Assembly: GCA_020619395.1 (NCBI GenBank)
Contig: GCA_020619395.1_4860.1
Strand: one strand, 5' to 3'
Source of the DNA: a phage
Length of the DNA stretch: 64,000 bases
In this document: piece after piece, positions 46,893 through 57,500 of the stretch
Layout of the letters: every line of letters begins with the position of its first letter
Position numbering within the stretch: position 1 is the first letter of the stretch
Notes under the pieces: model-generated
The model's database searches: none
Told to the model about the DNA's origin: nothing
What the model saw: only the letters and a program-made list of their open reading frames with translations
Translations under genes and position numbers: made by a program

Positions 46893-48368
46893 TTAAACTT
46901 TGCTCGGTACAGAAATAACCACACCGCCACAAATCCAATCCAGGACGTAGTTAATCATCCAGTCGGTTGCCACCTCGTCAGGTTGACGGTTAGCAATCAT
47001 ACCACGATGAATATCCAGCATCAGCTTGGACAGTTCGTATTCACCGAAGACCTCAGTCGCGGAGACCTTGATAACGAACTCAGTGATGTCTGTGGTGTCG
47101 GTTGTGAAGAACGAATCGATGAAGCTTGCCGTTGATTTCTTAACGAACTCCGGCGTTGCTACCTGACCGTCCTGTCCACGCCAGAACAGTTCAGGATCGG
47201 TCGCATCGATAGCCACGTTAAACGCTTGTTTCAGTGACTGGCGATTGCGTGTTACCCAACTGCTGTCGAGCTTAGCACGCTGAATCGCAGAACGGTGGCC
47301 CCAGGCAGCGATGTAGTCTTTCTGTTTTTCCAACAGTGAAGCTACACGCGTGGAGACATTGGTGTCACCTTCGTCCAGCTGGTAAATAGCACCCAGTAAC
47401 GCTTCAACGCTACCGCCTTTTTCCAGATAGTCGTCCATCACTTCCTGACAGATATACACTTTCTTCTCAACGTTGTCGTATCCGAAGACAATGTTACCGG
47501 TCTTGATGCGGGTAACGATGTTCTGGGTGTAGGCGTAAACCCAACCGATATAGCTGTAATGCAATGGCAGCATCTGTGCTTTCCACTGCCCGCTATTCAG
47601 ACCAGAGTCTTTCCACGGCATTTCCAGGTAGTAGCCAGAAAGCAGCATAAACAGAATGTTGCGTTTCAGGTTGTGTGGTGCCTGGTCGCTTACCGGAGAG
47701 AGCATGTTCCCTTCGAGCATGTTGCGAACGGCTTCGTTGATATTCCAACCCAGCGCATTCAACAGTTCTTTAACCAGATCGTCGTATGCTTTGCTGCCGG
47801 TTTCTGGCAGTTCGATATCGGCAGGGACGTTGGCTTTAACTGCAGGGTGCGTAGTACCATTGCCCAGCGGGTTTTCTACCGAATCAATTAATGCCTGTAC
47901 CACCGGGGAGTTCAACGCCGGGTCCATACCTGCAGGCACAAGTGCCCATTCTTCGCTAACTGCCTGGTTTTCAATACCCTGGTTGTTTTGGATAACCAGT
48001 TGAACAAACGGCTGAATAACGTTACGGGCAAAGTCAAGCATACCCTGACAACGCTGGATAGCCATACGCTTCAGTTCAAACAGCGTTGGTTCGTGGTCTT
48101 CGACGTTCAGCGTTTCTGGACCCGCTGCCGTGTCCGCGATTACGGACGCTTCGCCTGTACCGGCCTGCGGCGTTTTCAGTGCAGTGATATCCGGCAGAGA
48201 CTGGAAGAACTCTTCGTCGGTTATCTGCGTATCGAAAACGCTCTGCTGCGTAGTCGCTTTTGTCAGTAGACCAACAGGACTGTCAACGTCAGCTTCCAAA
48301 CGAACCTGGTGTTGTTTCGCCAGTTTCATTGCGTTGGTGACAGCATTAAGTGAATATAAGTTGATCAT
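46893..48368 (-). CDS. hypothetical protein (491 aa)
   Basis: long ORF. Confidence 0.55.
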   Translation of the reverse strand: MINLYSLNAVTNAMKLAKQHQVRLEADVDSPVGLLTKATTQQSVFDTQITDEEFFQSLPDITALKTPQAGTGEASVIADTAAGPETLNVEDHEPTLFELKRMAIQRCQGMLDFARNVIQPFVQLVIQNNQGIENQAVSEEWALVPAGMDPALNSPVVQALIDSVENPLGNGTTHPAVKANVPADIELPETGSKAYDDLVKELLNALGWNINEAVRNMLEGNMLSPVSDQAPHNLKRNILFMLLSGYYLEMPWKDSGLNSGQWKAQMLPLHYSYIGWVYAYTQNIVTRIKTGNIVFGYDNVEKKVYICQEVMDDYLEKGGSVEALLGAIYQLDEGDTNVSTRVASLLEKQKDYIAAWGHRSAIQRAKLDSSWVTRNRQSLKQAFNVAIDATDPELFWRGQDGQVATPEFVKKSTASFIDSFFTTDTTDITEFVIKVSATEVFGEYELSKLMLDIHRGMIANRQPDEVATDWMINYVLDWICGGVVISVPSKV

Positions 48369-48658
48369 GCCTGACCCCCGTTTTTGGTGCTGATGGAATC
48401 CTGGATGCGACCAGTAATACGCGCACCCACCATATCAGCGATGTCTCGTTTCAGCAAACGCTGATCGCCCATGCGGTCAGACAGGCCATTGCTGCCCTTC
48501 AGCAGTCCGTGAATAATTTCGGTGGCCAATTCAACCGCATTGCCCAGAACAACAAAGTTCATGCGTTGCTGTGGGGAATAACCTTCCGTTTCCGGATTCG
48601 TGCTATTACGGCCCACCGGAATCCCATGCTGCTGCTTGAGCGTATCTAAAATTCCCAT
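48365..48658 (-). CDS. hypothetical protein (97 aa)
   Basis: 4-nt overlap with the downstream gene. Confidence 0.45.
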   Translation of the reverse strand: MGILDTLKQQHGIPVGRNSTNPETEGYSPQQRMNFVVLGNAVELATEIIHGLLKGSNGLSDRMGDQRLLKRDIADMVGARITGRIQDSISTKNGGQA

Positions 48659-48705
48659 TATTAACTCCGGAGTTTATTTACCGGGCGGGAGCGACCCGCC
48701 CTACA

Positions 48706-51700
48706 TTAGTTGATTTTAGCCGGCAAGGCTGGGACGTCTTCACCATCTAAGATGCGTCCGATATTCTCCCCACCACGATACCCGACAGCGTTGGTGGTTC
48801 CGATGCGCATGATAGAACCTACGATACGTGCGTCGACGGAATCACGACCAAAGATAATGTCGAGTTCCTGCCCGTCTTCCGTTTTGTTGGTTCCATACAT
48901 CACTTCCTGAACCGTCGTTTTCAGCTGGTTAGCAATAACCATCTTATCCGCTGCTGCCATCTCTACCCGGTGTGTGATGTAGAATCGGACACACAGGCTA
49001 TTGTACGCTAACGGCACCCCCTCAACACGAAAATCACCGTTGACTCGACCGTCCTTCGGCTCGTCACGTTTGAGAGCCAGCGCAGTCTTCCGACGTATAC
49101 GGTCGTATTTACGAACCATCTCCGCCAAAGACGGGGTCATATCTTCCACCTCGCCGTGGTAAACCACTTCGATTTTGTCGATAAACCCACGAACACCAGA
49201 GCGTGGTGCAAAGGAGCTTAACTCACGCAGCGTTTCCGCTGCTTCTTTACTGAACCCGCTCATATCGCCGGTCAGGTTGTCGGTGAAGGTGCATAGAATT
49301 GAATCCACGTCTACGTGGTCCCCTTCTTTTACCATCTCCAACAGGTTCTGGGTAAACGTCATTGTGACTTCTTTGAGTTTGGTAACATCGGCTTCAGCCT
49401 TAGCAGCGAACCGCTCACTAATGGCGTTGGAGTCCTCAATTACTTCTTCCCCTTCAATCAAAGCGACAGTTGCCAGTATCCCGTTTTTAAAACTGACCTG
49501 CGTTGGATCGTAGATGTCTGGTTCAAAGTGTTGTTCGTTGTACGTGATAACGGCACCGGCAGGGAGTTTATCTCCGCGCTTCCATTTCGTTACCAGGGTG
49601 TGTGGGTAGTAAGTCCCTTCGTGCGGACCGAACCAACGGCCCAGTGGGAAAGCTTCTTCCTCTCCGTCGTCGTATTTGATTTTAACGTGGTCGTTAAGAA
49701 CCTCCACAATCTTGCCAGGTTTATCGATTACGCGTGCGTGCTTCACAGAAGTACGGTGTGCCACGAACTTTTCTTGCTCGGTACGATACGGTGTGGTGGT
49801 TGCGCCAACACAACTGGTCGCAGAACCGAATTGAATCCCAACGAAGTTCTGACGCTTAGCATCGTCCATCAGGGTATCCGGCACCAAGCCATCAATAAAT
49901 GACAGTGCCTCACCTGGCTTCAGTTTATCGAGGTCCTTTTTAAAGGTCGTGCCGTCCACGGTGTCGTAACGCGGATTGTTTGTTGCAAAGGCGGTGATAC
50001 CTACATCGCCGTTATCGACCGTGTTACCGGAGACAATCCCCAGGTCGCTCGGTTGGAATTCACGGGTACTGTAGACCATGGTCTTGCGGTTACGACCACC
50101 TGTACCGCCCATGGTAACAACATCTTTTTCTTTGATGTTCTGTACCGGGTTTGCGCCAGGTGCCAGCAGAACAGACGGGTCGGAGTTAATTGCACCCCAC
50201 ACCATGTCCTGCGTCAACTCAAACTTACGATTCGAGTTAGGCGCGTTGTTGTAGTTACGCATCGCCCGCACCATCGCGGTGTAGATGTGATACGAAATAC
50301 GTTGGTTCCCGATGAACATCATTTCGTCACCGTTAATTTCCGGTAACGTGTGGTCCGTCTGCAGCAGTTCGTTAGAACGCTCCAGTAAGCCGATAAAGGT
50401 TTCCGGCTCGCCCATTTTCCTGAGGATACGCGCGTGCATGTCATCAACAAATGCGGTCCGCATCAGTTTCAGCTCTTTGATGTAGCGTGGTGTTAGCCCA
50501 TCTGCATCGCGTAACAGGTTCAGGTAAATGTCTTCCCGGTCAACTTCCGACTCGGTATACGTGGTAAAGTGTTTGATGTAACGGTCTAAGCCGTTGACAA
50601 TCATCCTCTGTTGATCGTTCTCGCAGACAATTGCAATCTTCGCATCCTGGAGACGAATAATGGAGTCGAACTGACCTTTATCGATACGTTGTCCGACAGA
50701 GAGAACCTCGTAACTGATACCAAAGTGTTTCAACATCCCGGTTAACCCGAGATAGTACGAAAACACAAAGCCCAGCGAGATTGATTTGCCCATCAGTGAC
50801 AGTTCGGTCATTTCTCGTGGAGCCTTAGAGGTGTCCACGCCAAAGACCTCGGCGAGTGTACCCAGTGGTTCGGTCTTATCCTTATCCACTCGATAAAGCT
50901 GGGAGTTTTTATCCATACCGACGATGACATGACTCCGCGGTTTCTTCGCCACAGGTACCAGCTCGACACGGTCCGCGTCTGCCAGTTGCCCTTCGTTAAA
51001 GAATGCCGCTTTCTGTTTAATGTCAAAGTTCCATTGGTACCCAATTGCGTTGAACGCTGCTACACGACGTGCCACCTCGGTGTACTGACGCGGCAGTTTA
51101 GACAGCGGATCGAACACATTCGCCAGTTTTGCATCAGTGATTTCGGTGTTCTTTGGATCGACCGCGCGAGTAATAATCGCGTTAGTGAGCCAACGTCCGT
51201 AATCATTGACGACTTTATCACTGCGACGGACAAAGTTCTTCCCGTAGGCAGTGGTTAACGCTACAGTATCGTGGGACACTTTACGGATAGGAAGATCAAC
51301 GCGCTGACGACGCATTGTATATTCTACACCATTCGCAACCCAAGTACCGTCTTCGGTTAATGCAGGAATTGAGAAACGTACCGTGGTTGGTTCTCCGCCA
51401 ATCGGCTGAATACGCAACGTGTGGTGTTCGATATTCCCGGTAACGGAAATCTCTTTCTCGACAGTGTGATTGTGAATCGCCAAACCGAGACGCTGAGATG
51501 ACGCCACTGCGCCCAGAACATCTTTCGGGAAGATTTCCTGGTTGTACTGACGAATGATTTGGTCGGTGGTATTTTCCGCCCAGGCTTCATCCGTAACTAA
51601 GCGTTCAATCTTCTTAGGCTCGGCTTTAACTTCGAGTTTCTTCGGATCGATGGTCAGACCTTCGCCGTACGTCTCTTTAGGATTGTACGGGTTGGGTAAG

Positions 51701-52911
51701 TTTACGAAACGTTTAGAAGATTCGTTCAGGAACTGATACGCTTTGGCGGTGACGCGGCCCGCTTCTGCCAGGCGCTCAACTTCCTGTTTAATCACAGCAT
51801 CGTGTGGGATGGTGCGTTCTACGACGATGGTGGTTGGTTTGACATCTTCTTTCGGCGCTTCGATGACCAGATCTTCTTTCTCATCGAACTCATGATCGTT
51901 CAATGTATCGTCAACGTTGTCGCTTTGTGTTGCTTCATCGTCGACGATATCGAGGCTTTCTTCCGGTTTACTGGCAACGGTTTCAACGGCATCGTCGTCC
52001 TCTCCCAGATGTACGCGTTCATCCCCTTCCGGTGTAACGAACTCGTCATCTTCGTAGTCGGTAGACGGCGGTGTGGTCATCACCGTAGTCAGTGTACGGT
52101 AGAACATTCTGCCCATCTGCACGTCAGTCAAACGACCACCGGCAGACTTACGCATTCTTTCAATTACACCCATGTTCATGGATGTAAAACCACCGTTGTG
52201 TGTGAAGATAAAGTTCACACGTGACAGCTGGTTCATGTCCATACCGTCAAACAGTGTTGCTTGCTGATCGCCGTACACCCAACCGAACAACTCCAGTAAC
52301 CACAGCAGGTTAAAGTCTTTAAAGCGCTCCAGTTTGGTTTTAACACGATCGTTATACGTCATTTTAAAACGATCGAAAGAAGGCAGTACGTTACCCAGTT
52401 CGATGATGTAGTAGTTCTGACGCATGTACTCACGTGAGTCAGTTTTCATCTGGTTAGTTATCAGCAGCTGAATGTTGTGCAGACGTTCGTACCAGGACAT
52501 CAGAGTATCAGGGTAAAAATAATGCGGCAGCATCGGGGTGTAGTTTTCGATGAGCAGCACTTTCGGATCGGAACGTACCACGCCGTCTTCAATCATGCGA
52601 CGAATACGACGATTGTTACGATGGTACTGGAAGATTTGACGTTCTTGGCCAACAACCGGTTTCTTACGCGGATGGCCAATAATGCCGTCTTCAGGCAGCT
52701 GGAAGTGGTGGCGAATCATCGCCGGTTTTTCCAGCTGGCCAAAACATGGTGTAGTTAACGGTGGCGCTAAAACCACCTGGTCTAAATCGATGGTGTGGTA
52801 GATAGAACCACGTGGGAGCTGGAGCTTCTCCAGCGGGATAATACGCGGACGACCGAACTCATCGGTCTTGCGCACGGTAAAGCGCTGGTTAAACTGTTTC
52901 AGAAAAATCAT
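48706..52911 (-). CDS. multisubunit RNA polymerase beta-like subunit (1401 aa), probable virion RNAP
   Basis: EDGTWVANGVEYTMRRQ resembles the conserved beta N-terminal DNGTFVINGTERVIVSQ; C-terminal EDGQELDIIFGRDSVDARIVGSIM resembles the beta [25 protein letters not shown] region; lies next to a beta-prime-like gene. Confidence 0.5.
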   Translation of the reverse strand: MIFLKQFNQRFTVRKTDEFGRPRIIPLEKLQLPRGSIYHTIDLDQVVLAPPLTTPCFGQLEKPAMIRHHFQLPEDGIIGHPRKKPVVGQERQIFQYHRNNRRIRRMIEDGVVRSDPKVLLIENYTPMLPHYFYPDTLMSWYERLHNIQLLITNQMKTDSREYMRQNYYIIELGNVLPSFDRFKMTYNDRVKTKLERFKDFNLLWLLELFGWVYGDQQATLFDGMDMNQLSRVNFIFTHNGGFTSMNMGVIERMRKSAGGRLTDVQMGRMFYRTLTTVMTTPPSTDYEDDEFVTPEGDERVHLGEDDDAVETVASKPEESLDIVDDEATQSDNVDDTLNDHEFDEKEDLVIEAPKEDVKPTTIVVERTIPHDAVIKQEVERLAEAGRVTAKAYQFLNESSKRFVNLPNPYNPKETYGEGLTIDPKKLEVKAEPKKIERLVTDEAWAENTTDQIIRQYNQEIFPKDVLGAVASSQRLGLAIHNHTVEKEISVTGNIEHHTLRIQPIGGEPTTVRFSIPALTEDGTWVANGVEYTMRRQRVDLPIRKVSHDTVALTTAYGKNFVRRSDKVVNDYGRWLTNAIITRAVDPKNTEITDAKLANVFDPLSKLPRQYTEVARRVAAFNAIGYQWNFDIKQKAAFFNEGQLADADRVELVPVAKKPRSHVIVGMDKNSQLYRVDKDKTEPLGTLAEVFGVDTSKAPREMTELSLMGKSISLGFVFSYYLGLTGMLKHFGISYEVLSVGQRIDKGQFDSIIRLQDAKIAIVCENDQQRMIVNGLDRYIKHFTTYTESEVDREDIYLNLLRDADGLTPRYIKELKLMRTAFVDDMHARILRKMGEPETFIGLLERSNELLQTDHTLPEINGDEMMFIGNQRISYHIYTAMVRAMRNYNNAPNSNRKFELTQDMVWGAINSDPSVLLAPGANPVQNIKEKDVVTMGGTGGRNRKTMVYSTREFQPSDLGIVSGNTVDNGDVGITAFATNNPRYDTVDGTTFKKDLDKLKPGEALSFIDGLVPDTLMDDAKRQNFVGIQFGSATSCVGATTTPYRTEQEKFVAHRTSVKHARVIDKPGKIVEVLNDHVKIKYDDGEEEAFPLGRWFGPHEGTYYPHTLVTKWKRGDKLPAGAVITYNEQHFEPDIYDPTQVSFKNGILATVALIEGEEVIEDSNAISERFAAKAEADVTKLKEVTMTFTQNLLEMVKEGDHVDVDSILCTFTDNLTGDMSGFSKEAAETLRELSSFAPRSGVRGFIDKIEVVYHGEVEDMTPSLAEMVRKYDRIRRKTALALKRDEPKDGRVNGDFRVEGVPLAYNSLCVRFYITHRVEMAAADKMVIANQLKTTVQEVMYGTNKTEDGQELDIIFGRDSVDARIVGSIMRIGTTNAVGYRGGENIGRILDGEDVPALPAKIN

Positions 52912-52929
52912 ACATGTGCCTTATGGGTA

Positions 52930-54543
52930 TCATTTCAACAGCGCAGCAGTCGTTCTTTTAATCACGTTGTTAACCGGATTGATTTTGAAACTGCCGTCTG
53001 TTGCAAACCAGTAGTTTTTCGAACTGACCCACTTCCGATTTTCCTCGAGCGCTTCGGTTGACATCGGGCTGTTTGCTGAGCCGGTGTCACCATCGTAGTC
53101 ACCACCCAAGCCCCCTAATCGGGATGGATGTGGTGCCATGGATTCCACAAAGGTTTTCACGGTACGGTCAGGGAAGCTAATTGCTCCCTTCTCTTTTAAC
53201 GTGACCCAATCGTCTTCCAGTTCATGCAAATAGAGGGAAGAGGTGGTGGTCTCCAATCTTATGGTCGAGGAGTAAGTCGAACCGCGTCCCGTAACCGGAT
53301 AACGCGTGATGAACGAGAAGTAGTCATTCCAAATATCGTAACCTGACAAATAGAGGAGTTCCGCTAAGCTCAGTCCGCGGACAAGCTTACGGTCACGCCC
53401 CTCCGGCAGGTCTTCAATATCGTAAAAGATTTTGAAGCTGCGTTTGTCCTGGTAGATTAATGCCACGTAATGGTCCGGATCAATCATCAGCGGTTTATGT
53501 CGAAGCTCGCGCGCTTCCATTCTGTTGATGAGTGTTTCGATGCCATCGTCGGTAGTGAAAAGGTCATACACCCGCCCGGAGACTTCCAGGAACTCACGCT
53601 TGAGTGTTTTGGTGTTAACGCCGTATAAGTTGCCGTCCCCTGCCCGGATGTTACTGAGGTAACGTTCACGGATGTGGTATTGAGCCACAGGCAGTAATGC
53701 CTTCAGGGTTTGGTACAAACCGATACGGGTATCCGTTGGACGAATCGCATCTTCGCGACCCATGACCTTGGAACCGGTTGAGAATGAAGACAGTACGTTA
53801 CGCGTACCGTTCATTAACTTACGTGACGTCACTTTACGACGTGCAAAACCACCTTTACCATCTTGGATGTTAAAGAAGTACATCCAGATGTCATTAAAGG
53901 TTTGTTGGAGCTTCCAGCGAACCGGGTCAGTCAGTTCCGTTCGCGTACTGCGGTCGGGGATTGCACGTGCCAGAGAAATCAGACGGCGGTAGAGTCCGCC
54001 AATCTCTTCTTCTTGGTCGCGGCCATCCTGACGAATGACCAAATCACGTAATCCCGCAGGCAGAACCAGCACATAGCGGCTGAGACTGACCGGACGGAAC
54101 TTATTGAAGAAATCGACTGTCTCGTCGCGACGCATCGATTCGTTGCGTCCCGGTGTCAGTTGTTCGTAGTAGCGTAGGAAGAAGTTGAAGCCGGTGTCTG
54201 CACCTTTATCACTGGGCAGAGCCGGCTCGAAATCTTTTTCTTTCTCATTCCAGATAGCGAATCGCTTCCCGGAACAGATTTCTTCGTACAGCTGTTTCAG
54301 CTGGAACAATGCCAAACAAACGGTCGGCGAAATGATATCCAGTTTGATATCAATGTACGAGAACGTTGAGTCTCGTGCTTCGCTCCCTGTGAGGCCAAAA
54401 ATTTCGGTTGAATACAGTCCTTCAGGGTGAAAGTTTTTCGTCAGTCCCTGAAAGGTGTCTGTTGTTGTAACTGGTTTTAAATGCGACACCAGGGACTTGT
54501 TGACGTTTAACAAGTAAAAGTCAACCCAGTTTAGCTTTCTCAC
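52930..54543 (-). CDS. multisubunit RNA polymerase beta-prime N-terminal-like subunit, second copy (probable virion RNAP)
   Basis: GGDYDGDTGSANSPMSTEALEENR aligns with the beta-prime [24 protein letters not shown] metal-binding segment; N-terminal FHPEGLYSTEIFG resembles beta-prime FKPERDGLFCARIFGP; GTG start with AGGAG upstream. Confidence 0.6.
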   Translation of the reverse strand: MRKLNWVDFYLLNVNKSLVSHLKPVTTTDTFQGLTKNFHPEGLYSTEIFGLTGSEARDSTFSYIDIKLDIISPTVCLALFQLKQLYEEICSGKRFAIWNEKEKDFEPALPSDKGADTGFNFFLRYYEQLTPGRNESMRRDETVDFFNKFRPVSLSRYVLVLPAGLRDLVIRQDGRDQEEEIGGLYRRLISLARAIPDRSTRTELTDPVRWKLQQTFNDIWMYFFNIQDGKGGFARRKVTSRKLMNGTRNVLSSFSTGSKVMGREDAIRPTDTRIGLYQTLKALLPVAQYHIRERYLSNIRAGDGNLYGVNTKTLKREFLEVSGRVYDLFTTDDGIETLINRMEARELRHKPLMIDPDHYVALIYQDKRSFKIFYDIEDLPEGRDRKLVRGLSLAELLYLSGYDIWNDYFSFITRYPVTGRGSTYSSTIRLETTTSSLYLHELEDDWVTLKEKGAISFPDRTVKTFVESMAPHPSRLGGLGGDYDGDTGSANSPMSTEALEENRKWVSSKNYWFATDGSFKINPVNNVIKRTTAALLK

Positions 54544-54572
54544 TTTTAAGCTCCTGAATTGGAAGAAACATT

Positions 54573-57500
54573 ATGGCAAAAAGAGGCAAAGACGGTTTCG
54601 ATGATATCGATTTAGATAGACTCGACGACTGGGATGATTTCGGTGAACCACCCCGTCCCAAAGACGAGAAAAAACGAAGCCCGATACTCAGTACCCTGAA
54701 TGTTGCCAGGAAGTCGGCGTTGTCAACTATCTGGCCAGAAGGGAAACGCGACCAAGTTATCCTCAAGGGGATGCCTAAGCCGGCAGCTGATACATACGAG
54801 GGCTATCAGTCAGCGGCAGCTGCAGCAAAGGACATTTACGCCCATACGAAAGGGGAGCTTGAGAAGACCGAGCGCACGCTGAAGATGCAAGCGCGTCAAC
54901 TCGGACCGACAATGAAGAAATACTTGCCGGATGCAGTTACTAAACGCTTCGACAAGTGGTCAAAATCTGACCAGTTAGATTACCAGAACTACGATCCGAA
55001 TCAGGCATTGATGGATCGTGAACTGGGCGACGTATTCTCAGGTGTGCCAAAGGACGCCGATGAGCAACGTCAGCTGCAGGATCGCATGGTAGAGGACAAG
55101 CTCCGTGACAGCATCAAAGAGATGCGCGCGGATGCAATGCACCAAACCATGATTGGGATGGCGAAAGATATTAACCTGTTAACCGGGTTAAGCCGTGGGG
55201 TATTCTTAAACATCGAGCGTAAGAAGCTCGAATTGCAATACCGCACCCTGTTCGCCATTCAAGACATCGTGAAGATGAAGCAGTCGGAGTTCGATCGTAA
55301 CACGCCTGCTTTAGAAGCCATCGTGAAGAACACGGCACTGCCGGATTACGCGAAGGAAGATTTCTCAGAAGTCCGTTGGGCGAACGTTAAACGCCAGGCT
55401 GCGGAATGGATGAACCCGTTGCGTTATGCTGACGGGTTTATGGACATGATTCGCGAAAATACCAAGAAGAAAATTTCTGGTATATTTGGCGAAGGTCGTG
55501 GTTTGTTAGAGTCCGTTCTCGGCATGGGTGTTGAAGACGATTTCGGCATGAGCGATAGCTCTTCGTTGACTGCCGAACGTCGCAAAACAAATGCTCGCGA
55601 TAAAGCAACTGCATGGGGTAGCGGATTCCTTGCGAAGAAACTACTCGGCCCACAAATCGAGAAACTCCAGAAATGGACTCGTGAGGAGATGGAGAAAAAT
55701 CCAGAGGTCATGAAACGCCTGCAGAAGGGCGCGTTCACCTTTGGTAATCTTTCCTCTATCTCGAACTCAGCTATCGCAGGCGAAACGCAAGGACCGTTGG
55801 CGGATTTGTTCCGGGTATTGAATGAACTCGGTATTGTCCAACCGTTAAACCGCGAGAAAGCTTTTCTTGATGAGCGTAATGGCGAAACGTTAAGCCGTTC
55901 GGCGAAGTTTGACCGCAAAGCGTATCTTAGCATAGTTGAAGTTATTCCTGCCTGGCTGGCAGAGATTAACAAATCTGTTCGTCGTGGCTATGGCGAACAT
56001 GCCGACCTGGAATATGACATCACCAGCCGTGGTTTCGTAGACCGCAAAGTGGTCGGTAATCGTGTACGAAAAGCGGTTGCAAATGATGAGCAGCGTCTGC
56101 GTCTTCAGAATTCCATTAATAGCACTGTGGATTTTGTTGACCGCGGCAAAACACTCTCGCAGAAGGATCGTCAGCATCTTGCCGACTATATTGAGTCGCG
56201 TGCCTCGCAGGGCCGTGCATTCGACGTAGAAGCAATTTTGAAAGACCCGATGCATCTTCATCGGTATATGCCAGGAAACTCTGCAGAACGCATTAAGGAA
56301 GCGTTACAGGGGCATTCTGATAGCCTGGTCGGTGGTAGCAACGAATTAAGTAACGAACTGGCTCGCAAAATCTCCACAGTGCAGTCATCTATCACCCAAC
56401 GTCAGGCAATTATCGACGAGGCGGTGAATATTTACGGCGAGCGAGCGTTGCGTGATGCGGGTATCTTTAACTACGACGCGAAGAGTGACACCTTCGGCGT
56501 GGATAAAGACCTGTCCGATCCCTATACCTTGTTTAATGACTTGGCGATGGGTAAGACACGCAGCGGGCGTGCATTGACTCGTGACCAGGAGATTCAACGT
56601 AAGCTGCAAAATGGTTCGGCGTTAGGCGACTATCTGCGCCGAATGAACCAAGGGGCAAGTGGTGGTGCCGATGACACGTCGTTACCGCCGGCTTTACGTG
56701 GCGGTGGTAAAGGCCGCGGAATGTCGCCTCGGCAGCTAGCCGCGGTTCTCTACGGTGAAACCTCGACTAACTTTGTTGAATTGTTGAGTCAACGTAACCG
56801 TGGCGAAGAAGCGCCACGGAATAACTTTGACGGTATCATCGAAGCGATTCGGGGTAACAACAACAGTGACACCCTCCAGAAAATTCTGGAACACGTCAGA
56901 AGCATGGACGAAGAAGGGGTTCTCCTGGCTTCGTTAGCAGGGGGTGCTGGTTCTGGCGATGAAGAAATGGGCCCGCCTCGCCCTGGCGGTGGTAGCGGTG
57001 GCGGTAAACGCCGTCGTATTATCATCGGTGAGGATGGGCTTATTCGTCGTTGGGGTGGTGTGTTGTTCGACACCGCAACAGGAATCGGCGGCTTTGCAAA
57101 ACGTGGTGTTAAGGGTGCCTGGAATAAACTGAACCAGTTCGGTGGCTGGGCACGCGGTAAAGTCGCAGGAATGGGTGGCGGAGAAGGTCCTGGTTTCTTA
57201 ACCCGGATGCGTGGCCTTATTAGTGGTAGTGTCCGTGGGGGCTTTGAAGCAGTAAGCTCTTTCGGTAAAGGACTACTGGGTATCCGCGACATTTACGATG
57301 ACCACGGTAATGTTGTTCTGCAGGGCGCACGCCTGGAAGCTGGGGAATACTACCAGGTTATTGATGGTAAGATGGTTCAGTTGAAAACACTGGACGACAT
57401 CAAGCTGGGGAGCGACATTGTTGACTCCGCAGGTAATCTGGTATTAGCGGCCGCTGACTTAGCCGCTGCGGGTAAACTCCGCTACTATAAAGGCGGGAAA

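Noticed and set aside
48670-48705. Hairpin GGGCGGG-AGCGA-CCCGCCC downstream of the beta-like gene as a terminator
   Set aside because: No adjacent T-run on the transcribed strand; left as unassigned structure.
49315-49902. Plus-strand ORFs inside 48706-52911 (49315-49902, 50053-50346, 50929-51258, 51802-52224 and others)
   Set aside because: All antisense to the 1401 aa beta-like gene, which has coherent motifs.
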